From: Geminicoccus sp.
GTDB lineage: Bacteria; Pseudomonadota; Alphaproteobacteria; UBA7985
Length of the DNA: 64,000 nucleotides
Reading direction: 5' to 3'
NCBI GenBank assembly: GCA_002708995.1
Contig: PAPT01000032.1
Span: 100,039-164,038, forward strand
This document shows, one piece after another, positions 26,942 to 36,873 of the stretch. The stretch's first letter is position 1, and each line of letters opens with the position of its first letter. Under the pieces are notes generated by a model. The model did no database searches. It was not told where the DNA came from and saw nothing but the letters and a program-made list of their open reading frames with translations. The translations under genes and the position numbers were made by a program.

Positions 26942-29830
26942 ATGAGCGAAAACGAACGCAACCGCGATTTCCGAGACACGGTCACCACCCCGGAGACGGC
27001 CTTTCCCATGCGCGGCAACCTGCCCACCCGCGAACCGGAGTGGCTGGCGCACTGGGAGAAAAAGGACCTCTTCAACCGCCTGCGGGAAGAGTCGGCCGGA
27101 CGGCCCAAGTTCGTGCTCCACGACGGCCCGCCCTACGCCAACGGCAACCTCCACATCGGCCACGCGCTCAACAAGATCCTGAAAGACGTCATCAACCGCA
27201 GCCATCAGATGCTGGGCAAGGATGCCCACTACGTGCCCGGCTGGGACTGTCACGGCCTGCCGATCGAGTGGAAGATCGAAGAGCAGTACCGCGAGCGCGG
27301 GCAGGACAAGGACGAGGTCGACGTCGTTGAATTCCGTCGTGAATGCCGCGACTTTGCCCAGGGCTGGGTCGAAGAACAGACCCGGCAGTTCAAGCGCCTT
27401 GGGGTGCTAGGCAACTGGAATCAGCCCTACCTGACCATGCACTACGACGCCGAAGCGCAGATCGTCCGTGAGCTGGGCAAATTCCTGCTCGACGGTCAGC
27501 TGTACAAGGGCAACAAGCCGGTGCTCTGGTCCGTGGTGGAGAAAACCGCGCTGGCCGACGCCGAGGTCGAATACTACCCGCACAAGTCAGTGACCATCTG
27601 GGTCAAGTTCCCGGTAAAATCCGCGCCTCAGCCGGAGCTGCTCGGGGCGAGTGCGGTAATCTGGACCACCACCACCTGGACCATCCCCGGCAACCGCGCC
27701 ATGGCGTTCCACGACGATATTGCCTATGGCGTCTACCGCGTCGATGCCGTCGCCGAAGGTTCGCTGGCGCAGGTCGGTGAACGCCTGATCATCGCCGATG
27801 AAACCGCTGAAGCGACCGCCGCCTCGGCCAAGATCGAAGCCTGGACCCGTGAAGACCTGAAGGTGGATCTGACCGGCGTTGTCGCCGTCCACCCGCTGGC
27901 TGAGCAGGGCTTCGACCACGAAGTTCCCATGTTCCATGGCGACTACGTAACCACGGAGCAGGGGACGGGACTGGTCCACATCGCACCGGGGCACGGTTTT
28001 GATGACTGGCAGCTGGCGACGGTCCAGCACGGGGTCGAAGTGCCGATGACGGTGGCTGAAGACGGCGCCTTCTATGACCACGTGCCGCTGTTCAGTGGCC
28101 TAACGGTGTATGACCAGAAGGGCAAGGACGGCACCGCGCTTGGCCCGATCCTGCGCGCGCTAATCGAGGCTGGTGGCCTGCTCGCCAAGGGCAAGCTGGA
28201 GCACTCCTATCCCCATTCGTGGCGGTCCAAGGCGCCGCTGATCTTCCGCAACACCGCCCAGTGGTTCATCTCGATGGAAGAGAAGGGCCTACGCGCCGGT
28301 GCACTCAAGGCGCTGGGCGACACCAGCTTCGTACCGGAGCAGGGTCGCAACCGCATCACGTCGATGATCGAGAGCCGCCCGGACTGGTGCGTATCCCGAC
28401 AGCGTGTCTGGGGCGTGCCGCTCCCGATTTTCGTGCGCAAATCCGACGGCCAGCCGCTGCGTGACCCCAAGGTTATCGAACGCATCGCCGAGGCCTATGA
28501 GCTGGAAGGCGGCGATGCCTGGTTTAACAGCCCGCCGTCACGCTTCTTCGGGAATGACTACGACCCGGACGATTTTGAGCAGGGCCGCGACGTGGTCGAG
28601 GTCTGGTTCGACAGCGGCGCCACCCATAGCTTTGTGCTGGAAAAGCGCCCGGAGCTGAAGTGGCCGGCCGACCTGTATCTCGAAGGCTCAGACCAGCACC
28701 GTGGCTGGTTCCATTCCTCGCTACTGGTCGGGGTCGGCACCCGTGGCCGCGCACCCTATGACGCCATTCTCACCCACGGCTTCGTGCTCGATGAGAAGGG
28801 CAACAAGATGTCCAAGTCGCTGGGCAATGTCACCGCGCCCGACGACGTCGCCAAGGATTTCGGCATCGATATCCTGCGCCTGTGGGTGGTGGCGTCGGAC
28901 TACAGCGATGACCTGCGCATCGGCCCGGCGATCCTCAAGCATTCGGCCGACGCCTACCGCCGCTTCCGCAATTCGCTGCGCTTCATCCTCGGCAATCTCG
29001 GTGATTTCCAACCCTCGCAGGCCGTTGCCTATGACGACCTGCCCGAGCTGGAACGCTGGGTGCTGCACCGGTTGAGCGAGCTGGACGCGCTGGTACGGAC
29101 TTCGGCGGAGGCCTACGACTTCCACCGGCTGTATACCGAGCTGCACAACTTCTGCGCCGTCGACCTGTCCGCGCTCTACTTCGATATCCGAAAGGATGCG
29201 CTCTACTGCGACGCGCCCGACAGCCTGCGCGCTCGCGCAGCCCGGACCGTGCTGGCCGAGTGCTTCTCGTGCCTGACCGCGTGGCTGGCGCCGATCCTGT
29301 GCTTCACCGCCGAAGAAGCCTGGCTGACCAGGCGCGAGGACGAAGCCGAGCTGCCTGAGAAGCTGGTCAATACCGACTCAGTCCACCTGCGCGTGATCCC
29401 CGAAATCCCGGCGCAGTGGTCGAACGCAGGCCTCGCCGACAAGTGGGCCGACGTTTTCGCGGTCCGCCGGGTGATCACCACCGCGCTGGAACCGTTACGG
29501 CAGGAAAAGACCATCGGTTCGAGCCTGCAGGCCGCGCCGCGTGTGTTCCTGTCCGCCGACAAGGCCGCCGCGCTGGCTGATGTCGACTTTACCGAAGTGG
29601 CCATCGTCTCCGGCGTCACGATCGAGACCGGCGAGGGACCGGCAGACGCCGTACGGGTCGAGGACATCGCCGGGGTTGCGGTGACGCCGCAGCTGGCGGC
29701 TGGTGAGAAATGCCAGCGCTGCTGGCAGGTTCTGCCGGAAGTCAGCGCTCACCCCGATCACCTATGCGCGCGCTGTGAAGTTGCAGTGCCCGGGGCAGTG
29801 TCCGGGTCAGTGTCTGGGGCAGGGGTCTAA
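26942..29830 (+). CDS. ileS: Isoleucine--tRNA ligase
   Basis: HIGH (GNLHIGHA), KMSKS, and a C-terminal Zn-finger CQRCW…CARC. Confidence 0.97.
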   Translation: MSENERNRDFRDTVTTPETAFPMRGNLPTREPEWLAHWEKKDLFNRLREESAGRPKFVLHDGPPYANGNLHIGHALNKILKDVINRSHQMLGKDAHYVPGWDCHGLPIEWKIEEQYRERGQDKDEVDVVEFRRECRDFAQGWVEEQTRQFKRLGVLGNWNQPYLTMHYDAEAQIVRELGKFLLDGQLYKGNKPVLWSVVEKTALADAEVEYYPHKSVTIWVKFPVKSAPQPELLGASAVIWTTTTWTIPGNRAMAFHDDIAYGVYRVDAVAEGSLAQVGERLIIADETAEATAASAKIEAWTREDLKVDLTGVVAVHPLAEQGFDHEVPMFHGDYVTTEQGTGLVHIAPGHGFDDWQLATVQHGVEVPMTVAEDGAFYDHVPLFSGLTVYDQKGKDGTALGPILRALIEAGGLLAKGKLEHSYPHSWRSKAPLIFRNTAQWFISMEEKGLRAGALKALGDTSFVPEQGRNRITSMIESRPDWCVSRQRVWGVPLPIFVRKSDGQPLRDPKVIERIAEAYELEGGDAWFNSPPSRFFGNDYDPDDFEQGRDVVEVWFDSGATHSFVLEKRPELKWPADLYLEGSDQHRGWFHSSLLVGVGTRGRAPYDAILTHGFVLDEKGNKMSKSLGNVTAPDDVAKDFGIDILRLWVVASDYSDDLRIGPAILKHSADAYRRFRNSLRFILGNLGDFQPSQAVAYDDLPELERWVLHRLSELDALVRTSAEAYDFHRLYTELHNFCAVDLSALYFDIRKDALYCDAPDSLRARAARTVLAECFSCLTAWLAPILCFTAEEAWLTRREDEAELPEKLVNTDSVHLRVIPEIPAQWSNAGLADKWADVFAVRRVITTALEPLRQEKTIGSSLQAAPRVFLSADKAAALADVDFTEVAIVSGVTIETGEGPADAVRVEDIAGVAVTPQLAAGEKCQRCWQVLPEVSAHPDHLCARCEVAVPGAVSGSVSGAGV

Positions 29831-29833
29831 CCC

Positions 29834-30337
29834 ATGCTGCGATGGGGCATTCTACTCGCGCTGGCGGTGCTGGCGGCCGATCAGGTGACCAAGGCCCTGA
29901 TCGTCGCCAATCTCCCCGTTTACTCCGCTGCAACACCGGTGGTGATCGACGTCACGCCCTTCCTCAACATCTGGCACGTTCGGAATTCGGGGATCGCGTT
30001 CTCGATCGGGAATTTCAACGATGGCGGCCGCTACTTCATCGGCGCGCTGGCCTTTGCCGTGGCAGCCGGGCTGATCATCATTGGGCGCAAGAGCAGCAGC
30101 AATCTGGTGGTCGCGGCCTATGCGCTGATTGCCGGCGGTGCGCTCGGCAATGCCTTTGACCGGCTCAACCCGGGCCGAAAGACGGTGGTGGACTTTATCG
30201 ATTTCCACGTTGCGGGCCTGCACTGGCCCTCGTTCAACGTGGCAGATTCGGTGATTGTCGTGGGGGTTGCCCTTATTCTGGCCGATATGTTGTTCTTGGC
30301 TGACCGGCGAGCGTCTTCGTCGTCTTCGCAGGAGTAG
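29834..30337 (+). CDS. lspA: Lipoprotein signal peptidase II
   Basis: Conserved FNVADS motif, 4 TMs; directly follows ileS. Confidence 0.9.
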   Translation: MLRWGILLALAVLAADQVTKALIVANLPVYSAATPVVIDVTPFLNIWHVRNSGIAFSIGNFNDGGRYFIGALAFAVAAGLIIIGRKSSSNLVVAAYALIAGGALGNAFDRLNPGRKTVVDFIDFHVAGLHWPSFNVADSVIVVGVALILADMLFLADRRASSSSSQE

Positions 30338-30347
30338 GGCTTCAACC

Positions 30348-31058
30348 ATGTCGATGGGCCGGATCGTCGTTTCTCTGATTATCGGTACCGCTTCAGTCGG
30401 TGGGCTGACCGGGTGCGGGAGCCTGACGAGGGGGCTGGGCTACTTCACCAGCGCCGGTCTGGTCGACGAGTACGCCATCCCGCAGAACCGCAGCCTCGCC
30501 ATGCCGACGGATTTCTTGCGCCTGCCCACGCCGCATAACGAAGTGTCTCAGGCGGAGAGCCTGCCCACCCCCGACGAAATCGAGGCTCTGGTGTTCACGC
30601 TCGAACCCGAGGCAGCACCCGAAGAGCAGTACCTGCCGATCACGGTCATCGCGGACGAAGTGCCGCAGTACCAGCCCATAGGCCGCATCGTGGCCAGCGG
30701 CTCGAATGGTGCCGCGACCCAGTTCCAGGTCTCGACCCAGACCAATTCGGGCGGATCGATCTTCCCGGTGGTCCCAGTACCGCCGACCGCCGCTGCGACC
30801 GCTCCGATCCCCGTGATTGCAACCCCGGGAGCAGCGGCCGCGGCCACAGGCTCAGAACCGGCCTTGGTCCCGCTGACCGCAGAGCAGGCCGCAGCCCTCG
30901 CGACCATGGCGGTTGAAGCGCCGGTTCCGGTGATCCCGGCGACCTCTGAGGCGATCCCGGCAGCCGTCGGCCCTGGCGCCGAGCCCGCCTTGCAGTGGAT
31001 CACATCCCTGCCAGCTGGCGTGTCGATGATGGGTGAGCGGGTCGTCGTCTCGCGATAA
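30348..31058 (+). CDS. Lipoprotein (DUF3035-like) with a Pro/Ala/Thr-rich C-terminal region
   Basis: Lipobox LTGCGS; position after lspA is conserved for DUF3035 lipoproteins in alphaproteobacteria. Confidence 0.55.
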   Translation: MSMGRIVVSLIIGTASVGGLTGCGSLTRGLGYFTSAGLVDEYAIPQNRSLAMPTDFLRLPTPHNEVSQAESLPTPDEIEALVFTLEPEAAPEEQYLPITVIADEVPQYQPIGRIVASGSNGAATQFQVSTQTNSGGSIFPVVPVPPTAAATAPIPVIATPGAAAAATGSEPALVPLTAEQAAALATMAVEAPVPVIPATSEAIPAAVGPGAEPALQWITSLPAGVSMMGERVVVSR

Positions 31059-31124
31059 TGCCCCATTTAAGGGGCAGAAGGCGGGTCTCTCCGCCCTGAT
31101 CGCAACAACGACGCTGAGACCACA

Positions 31125-32483
31125 ATGAATAAACTGTTGCTCACTTTCGCCGGTGCGCTGGCGTCACTGGTCGCCCTGCCTGCCGGGGCGCTTTACGAGC
31201 AAGCGCGCTGGATGACCCTCGACAACGGCATGGACGTGATCGTCATCGAAAACCACCGCGCGCCCGCCGTGCACGCCCGTGTTGCCTACAAGGTCGGGGC
31301 GCTGGATGAACAGCCCGGCACCTACGGCATCGCCCACGTGCTCGAACACATGATGTTTCGCGGCGCGCCGCCGCTGAACGGCAAGGGCCTCGCGCCGGGC
31401 GAGTACGACGCAACGCTCGACCGCATCGGCGCGGACAGCAACGCTTCGACTTCGGCCAACCTGACGTCCTACTACGCCTGGTTCGGGTCCGAGCATCTGG
31501 AGACCTTCCTCGTCCTCAACGCTATCCTGATGAACGGCCTCGACGCCGATGCCGACCAGCTGGAGAACGAGAAAGGCGTGGTGCTGCAGGAATACCGCCA
31601 GCGGTGGGAGAACAGCCCCGCCGCCCGCGCCGCCCACTTCCTGCGCGCAGATTTGCGCGGGGTCGCCGCCTATGATCACCCGATCATCGGCATCAAAGAA
31701 GACTTCGAGGCCCTGACCCCGGCCGACCTGCTAGACTTTCACCAGACCTGGTACCACCCCAACAATGCGGTGCTGATCGTCGCCGGTGACGTGGTCCCGG
31801 AGGAGGTCTTTGCCCTCGCCGAGCAGCACTTCGGTGGCTTCGCGGCGGTGCCGGTCCCGGCCCGCGTCCGGCCCGATGCCGAGCGTCCGTTCGAGGCTGA
31901 TTTCGAGACCGTGACCGACGCGCTGATCACCCAGCCCTCGGCCCGTCGGGCGTGGCGCCTGCCGGAGGTGGTGGCGGAAACCGGGGTCGAGGCCTTTCGG
32001 GTCCGCTACGCGGCGCGGCTGCTGTCGTCCATGCTGACCTCGGGGCTGGATGCGCCCTTCACCCGCTATCTGCAGACCGAGCGTCAGATCGCGCTGGGTG
32101 CCGGGTTCTCACTAGTCCTCGATGAGGGCCAGGACTGGGCGATCCTCAGCGTCGAACCGGTGGAGGGACAGGACCCCGTTGCCGTGCTCGATGAGGCTGA
32201 AGACTTTCTGCGCAACTGGCTGGAAAACGATCTGACCACCGAGCGGCTGGAGCGGCAGAAGCGCCGCTTCGTCAACGGCCTTGTCTACGCCGCCGACAGC
32301 ATCGATGGTCCGGCAACCTCGTTCGAGAGCGTGGTCGCGACCAACGGCGACTACGGTGTGTTTCTGACCCTCGAAGACACCATCAATTCCATGACAATCG
32401 ACGACATCCGCGCCGTGGCGGAGCTGTTTCTTGACCAGGCCAGCGTCCCCAAGACGCTGGTCCTCGGCCCGCTGGAGGAATAG
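31125..32483 (+). CDS. M16 (pitrilysin) family zinc peptidase, catalytic-type subunit
   Basis: Inverted zinc motif HVLEH (HxxEH) present; signal peptide. Confidence 0.8.
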   Translation: MNKLLLTFAGALASLVALPAGALYEQARWMTLDNGMDVIVIENHRAPAVHARVAYKVGALDEQPGTYGIAHVLEHMMFRGAPPLNGKGLAPGEYDATLDRIGADSNASTSANLTSYYAWFGSEHLETFLVLNAILMNGLDADADQLENEKGVVLQEYRQRWENSPAARAAHFLRADLRGVAAYDHPIIGIKEDFEALTPADLLDFHQTWYHPNNAVLIVAGDVVPEEVFALAEQHFGGFAAVPVPARVRPDAERPFEADFETVTDALITQPSARRAWRLPEVVAETGVEAFRVRYAARLLSSMLTSGLDAPFTRYLQTERQIALGAGFSLVLDEGQDWAILSVEPVEGQDPVAVLDEAEDFLRNWLENDLTTERLERQKRRFVNGLVYAADSIDGPATSFESVVATNGDYGVFLTLEDTINSMTIDDIRAVAELFLDQASVPKTLVLGPLEE

Positions 32484-32486
32484 GCG

Positions 32487-33845
32487 ATGAGAACCCTGAT
32501 CCCGAATTTGCGGCGCCCCGCGCTGTCACTCGCCGCTGCTGGTGCTGCCGGCCTGATCGCGGTCTTCAGCCTCGGCCAGCCCGCCGCTGCCATTGATATT
32601 CAGGTGGTGCCGATCATCGACGAAGTCGATGCGTGGCTGGTGGAGGATCACACTAACCCGCTGATCACGCTCAAGTTCGGCTTTGAAGGCGGCTCCCGCT
32701 GGGACGAACCGGGCAAGGAGGGCACCACCTCGCTGGCCTTTGGATCGCTGAACGAGGGTGCGGGCGAGATGAACGCCGAAACCTTCCTCGGACTGCTGCA
32801 GGATGAGGCCGTCTCCATGGCTGGCAGTGCCGGGTTCAAGTGGTCGACAGTCAGCTTCCAGACCCCGACAGCGTCGATCGACTTTGCCTTTGATCAGCTC
32901 GAAACCATGCTCACCGACCCGGCCTTTGACCCCGAAGGCGTAGAGCGCATGCGCCGCGATGCCCTCGCCGGTGCCGCCCAACGCGCTCGAGCGCCCGGCG
33001 CGCAACTGGGTGAAGCTTTCTTCGATGCGCTCTGGGGTGAAGACGACCCGCGGAACCGCAAGTTCAGCGGCGATCTGGAGACCATTCCGGCGATCACGCA
33101 GGCCGACCTGTTCGCGGTCAAGGACCGCATCATCGGTCGCAACAATGTCATCATCGCAGCGGTTGGCGACATCACGCCTGACGAGCTGCGCCGCCGGGTG
33201 GCGCCGATCCTCGCGCGTCTGCCCGAGGCGACCCCGCCCGACGACCTCGCGCCGCCAGCGTTTGCGCGCTTCGAGGCCCCGGTCGCTATCGACTTCGACC
33301 AGACCCAAACCATCGTCTACGCGGTTGCACCGGCCTTCCCGCGCACCGACCCGGACAACTACGCCGCGCGCGTGGTCAGCCACATCCTCGGTGCCGGGGG
33401 GCTGAGCTCGCGGCTGAGCGAGCGGGTCCGCAACCAGCTCGGGTTGGTCTATGGCATCAACAGCAGCTATTCGGGCCGCGCCGACTATGGCTCGGTATCC
33501 TTTAACTTCGCCACGGCCAATGAGGCTGCCGATGATGCGCTGGATGCGACGCTGGAAGTCTGGCGCGACTTTGCTGAAAACGGCCCAACGGCCGAGGAAG
33601 TCGAGGAGGCCATCGCCTACCTCACCGGCTCCTATGCCAACTACTTCCTCAACTCGAATGACGTCGTCGACTACGTGCTCAGCATCCAGATTCAGGATCT
33701 GTCGCCTGATTTCCCCGAGTTCCGCAACGACCTGTTCCGCGCGGTGACGCTGGAGGATGCGCAGCGAACGGCACAGCGGCTCTACAGCGAAGAACTGCGC
33801 TATGGTCTGGTGGGTCGCCCTACGGCGTTTTCACCGGACGAGTAG
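32487..33845 (+). CDS. M16 family peptidase-like protein, probably non-catalytic partner
   Basis: M16 fold pattern and signal peptide but no HxxEH motif. Confidence 0.7.
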   Translation: MRTLIPNLRRPALSLAAAGAAGLIAVFSLGQPAAAIDIQVVPIIDEVDAWLVEDHTNPLITLKFGFEGGSRWDEPGKEGTTSLAFGSLNEGAGEMNAETFLGLLQDEAVSMAGSAGFKWSTVSFQTPTASIDFAFDQLETMLTDPAFDPEGVERMRRDALAGAAQRARAPGAQLGEAFFDALWGEDDPRNRKFSGDLETIPAITQADLFAVKDRIIGRNNVIIAAVGDITPDELRRRVAPILARLPEATPPDDLAPPAFARFEAPVAIDFDQTQTIVYAVAPAFPRTDPDNYAARVVSHILGAGGLSSRLSERVRNQLGLVYGINSSYSGRADYGSVSFNFATANEAADDALDATLEVWRDFAENGPTAEEVEEAIAYLTGSYANYFLNSNDVVDYVLSIQIQDLSPDFPEFRNDLFRAVTLEDAQRTAQRLYSEELRYGLVGRPTAFSPDE

Positions 33846-33908
33846 GCCACGCCAAATGAGGTCGGAACCGGGCTTGCTTTCAAGCCTGGTTTCCGGCGAA
33901 ATCGGGGT

Positions 33909-34682
33909 ATGCAATTCGACCCCGATCCCCTGCTCGGCCCCAACGATCCCCCGCCCTTCCACTGGGTGCAGCGGCGTCCTGCGCAGCGCGTGCTGCTGCT
34001 CAATGATCACGCCGGGTTTCGCACGCCTGAGGCGCTGGGTGATCTCGGCCTGCCCGACTACGCCTGGCACAGCCACATCGTCGGCGATTGGGGGATAGAG
34101 GGGCTGGGCCGGGATCTGGTGCAGCGGCTCGATGGCTCGTTAATCGAAGGGGTTTACTCCCGCGCCGTGCTGGATTTGAACCGGCGCCCGACCGACTGGG
34201 ACATGGCTGGCGCCGTGCTCGACGGCGTGTCCGTCCCTGCCAACTGCGACCTAGCGCCCGCATCCTACGCCGCCCGGATCGAGGCGATCCATCGTCCCTA
34301 CCACGACGAGATCGAGGCCTTTATCGCCGAGATGGAGCATCCGAACCCGCTGATCGTGCACTGTCACTCCTTCACCGACTGCCTGATGTCGATACCCGAC
34401 GACCCGCGACCGTGGGAAATCGGGCTGCTGCACTACTGCGAGGAAGACCGCGCAGGGGCGGCCATCGACTGGCTGCGGCGGCACACCAACTACAAGGTTG
34501 GGGATAACCAGCCCTACGACCTGTTCGAGCGGATGACAGGCTCCTACGCTCTGCACAACATGCACCGGACCTTGCCTGCTATCACCTTTGAAATCCGACA
34601 GGATCTCATCACCACGGCGGCGGAGGTTGACCATTGGGCCAGCCTGCTCGACGCCATGATCAAGGACGTGTTTCAGCCATGA
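33909..34682 (+). CDS. N-formylglutamate amidohydrolase (FGase) family protein
   Basis: Family-typical N-terminal region HWVQRRPAQRVLLLNDHAG and overall length. Confidence 0.65.
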   Translation: MQFDPDPLLGPNDPPPFHWVQRRPAQRVLLLNDHAGFRTPEALGDLGLPDYAWHSHIVGDWGIEGLGRDLVQRLDGSLIEGVYSRAVLDLNRRPTDWDMAGAVLDGVSVPANCDLAPASYAARIEAIHRPYHDEIEAFIAEMEHPNPLIVHCHSFTDCLMSIPDDPRPWEIGLLHYCEEDRAGAAIDWLRRHTNYKVGDNQPYDLFERMTGSYALHNMHRTLPAITFEIRQDLITTAAEVDHWASLLDAMIKDVFQP

Positions 34683-34987
34683 CAGACCTGGATACCGCCA
34701 CCCGGACCGAACTCGAAGCCGCCGCCTTCCGCTCCCTGCGCGCGCACCTGATGGAGCGCAGCGACGTGCAGAACATCGACATGATGAACCTCGCTGGTTT
34801 CTGCCGGAACTGCCTGTCGCGCTGGTACGGTGAAGCCGCCAGCGAGCGCGGGATCGAGATGTCCAAGGACGAGGCACGCGAAGCCTTCTACGGCGAACCC
34901 TACGAGGACTGGCGCGCGAAGCACCAGACCGAAGCAACCACGGAACAGCAGGCTGCCTTTGCCAAGGCCGCTGCAGCGGAGAAATGA
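34679..34987 (+). CDS. DUF1244 family protein
   Basis: Start MTDLDTATRT…; conserved NCLSRWY motif; ATGA overlap at both ends. Confidence 0.6.
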   Translation: MTDLDTATRTELEAAAFRSLRAHLMERSDVQNIDMMNLAGFCRNCLSRWYGEAASERGIEMSKDEAREAFYGEPYEDWRAKHQTEATTEQQAAFAKAAAAEK

Positions 34988-35298
34988 CAATGTCCGACGA
35001 ATTCGACAACGAACTCGACCAGATCATGGCTGACACTACGGCCAAGGCCGAACCCATGCCTTCGGGTACCCCGGCGGCGGCGGCGCTGATCCAGTTCATC
35101 GAGCGCGTCGAGCGGCTGGAAGAGGAAAAGGCCGGTCTGATGGAGGACATCCGGTCGGTCTACGGCGAGGCGAAAGGGGCCGGTTTTGATCCCAAGATCA
35201 TGCGCGCCATTGTGCGCCTGCGGAAGATGGAGCCCTCCGACCGGCAGGAGCAGGAAGCCCTGATCGAAACTTACAAGGCCGCCGTCGGCATGGGCTGA
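34984..35298 (+). CDS. gapR: DUF2312 / UPF0335 protein (GapR-like nucleoid-associated protein)
   Basis: LIQFIERVERLEEEKAGLMEDIRSVYGEAKGAGFDPKIMRAIVRLRK is the GapR/DUF2312 core. Confidence 0.7.
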   Translation: MTMSDEFDNELDQIMADTTAKAEPMPSGTPAAAALIQFIERVERLEEEKAGLMEDIRSVYGEAKGAGFDPKIMRAIVRLRKMEPSDRQEQEALIETYKAAVGMG

Positions 35299-35331
35299 GG
35301 CTGATTCCCCAGCCTACTCCCTCAAGTCAAC

Positions 35332-35829
35332 TCAGCCGTCGAGTTTGATGTCGGGCAGGGGCATGACTTCGATACCGTCGTCGAGCAGGGCGTTGACCTG
35401 CTCCTTCGAGGCTTTGCCCCGGATGCCGCGATCGGGCTTTTCGCCGTCGTGAATGGCGCGGGCTTCTTCGGCAAATTTATCGCCCACGTCTTCGTGGGTT
35501 TTCTCCACGGTGGCACGCACCGCGTGGAAGAACTGACGCGCGGCGGCGACCTGCTCCGGCGACCAGTTGTTCGGCGCTGAGGTGGTCTGAACCGACGGCT
35601 TTGCCTGACTGTCTGGCTGGGTCGGTGCTGGCAGCCCAGTGGTTTCCGCCTTGCCCCGGTTGCGACCCCCGCGCACGTTCGGCTTCATCAGTGTTTTCTG
35701 CACCGAGTCATCGTTGCAGTGCGGGCAGGTCACCAGACCGCGCTCGCGCTGGTCCTCAAAACTGGCGCTGTCCGCAAACCAGGCTTCGAAGCCATGGCCA
35801 TGAGAACACTGGAGGCTGAACTTGATCAT
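35332..35829 (-). CDS. DUF1178 zinc-ribbon family protein
   Basis: MIKFSLQCSHGHGFEAWF…CPHC zinc-ribbon N-terminus. Confidence 0.6.
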   Translation of the reverse strand: MIKFSLQCSHGHGFEAWFADSASFEDQRERGLVTCPHCNDDSVQKTLMKPNVRGGRNRGKAETTGLPAPTQPDSQAKPSVQTTSAPNNWSPEQVAAARQFFHAVRATVEKTHEDVGDKFAEEARAIHDGEKPDRGIRGKASKEQVNALLDDGIEVMPLPDIKLDG

Positions 35830-35854
35830 GGCCGTAATTTAGGGAGTGGGTGGC

Positions 35855-36730
35855 TCAGTGGGAAGATGAGAGGTGAAAGGTTCTGGCGTGATCCAGTGCC
35901 GGGATCGCCTTGCGGGCCGCACTGACCTTCTCGAAGTCGAGGTCGAAGGCAAGGATACCGGGCTCGGTTTCCGAAGCCAGCTCTGCGACGATTTCGCCCC
36001 AGGGGCTGACCACGCAGGAATGTCCGTAGGTCCGCCGCTCTCCGGCGTGCTCGCCGCAGGTGCTCGCCGCCAGCACCCAGCTGCCGGTCTCGATCGCCCG
36101 GGCGCGCAGCAGCACGTGCCAGTGCGCCCGGCCCGTGCTCTGGGTGAATGCGGCAGGGATCAGCAGCACGTTGGCGCCGGCCATGGCCAGCGCCTGATGC
36201 AGCGCCGGAAAGCGCAGGTCGTAGCAGATCGTGTGACCAAGCACCGCCGGGGTGTCGGGCAGGGCGGAGAGCAGGGCTTCTTCGCCGGGGGTGAAAATCT
36301 CGCTCTCACCGTAGTGCTGGCCATCGCCGATTTCGACGTCGAATAGGTGAATTTTATCGTAGCTGTTGATGACCTCGCCCATGGGGCTGAACAGGATCTG
36401 GCGGTTGACCATCGACCCGGGAATTTCGCCCGCAACCAGCACTGATCCAAGGCACAGGAACACCGACAGCTCAGCCGCCAACCGCTGCCCCATGGCGAAA
36501 ACCGGGTCCTGTTCCAGCGGCAGGGCCTGAGCCATCATCACTTCGCGGTCGGGCTGAATGACATTGCTCGCTTCTGGTGTCAGGACCAGTTGCGGCGCGT
36601 CAGCAGCGGCAGTCTCACGGATCAGCGCTTCGAGGGCATCGGCGTTTTCCGCCGGGTTCGGGCCGACACAGAACTGAACGAGGCTGACTTTCACGGCTTT
36701 TTCCTTCTCTCGGCGCACCTTTTCCACCAT
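35855..36730 (-). CDS. Carbon-nitrogen hydrolase (nitrilase/Nit) family protein
   Basis: (V/M)KVSLVQF start and the E-K-C triad pattern. Start at 36728 (ATG) or GTG ~36694. Confidence 0.8.
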   Translation of the reverse strand: MVEKVRREKEKAVKVSLVQFCVGPNPAENADALEALIRETAAADAPQLVLTPEASNVIQPDREVMMAQALPLEQDPVFAMGQRLAAELSVFLCLGSVLVAGEIPGSMVNRQILFSPMGEVINSYDKIHLFDVEIGDGQHYGESEIFTPGEEALLSALPDTPAVLGHTICYDLRFPALHQALAMAGANVLLIPAAFTQSTGRAHWHVLLRARAIETGSWVLAASTCGEHAGERRTYGHSCVVSPWGEIVAELASETEPGILAFDLDFEKVSAARKAIPALDHARTFHLSSSH

Positions 36731-36873
36731 TGTTGCGCAGGAACAGAGGCTCCCTTGCACAATGACGCACTGGTAAGGAGCACAGCCCTAAGCTAAAGGG
36801 AGTTCAGGGCCGTGGAAACCACCTTCACCGAAGATCGGATGCCCGCCTGTGAAAAACACTGAGAGTACCGGTT

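Noticed and set aside
36761-36873. FnrL/anaerobox (TTGAT-N4-ATCAA) upstream of hemA
   Set aside because: Only partial TTGCGC…TTGCACAA similarity; not a credible palindrome.
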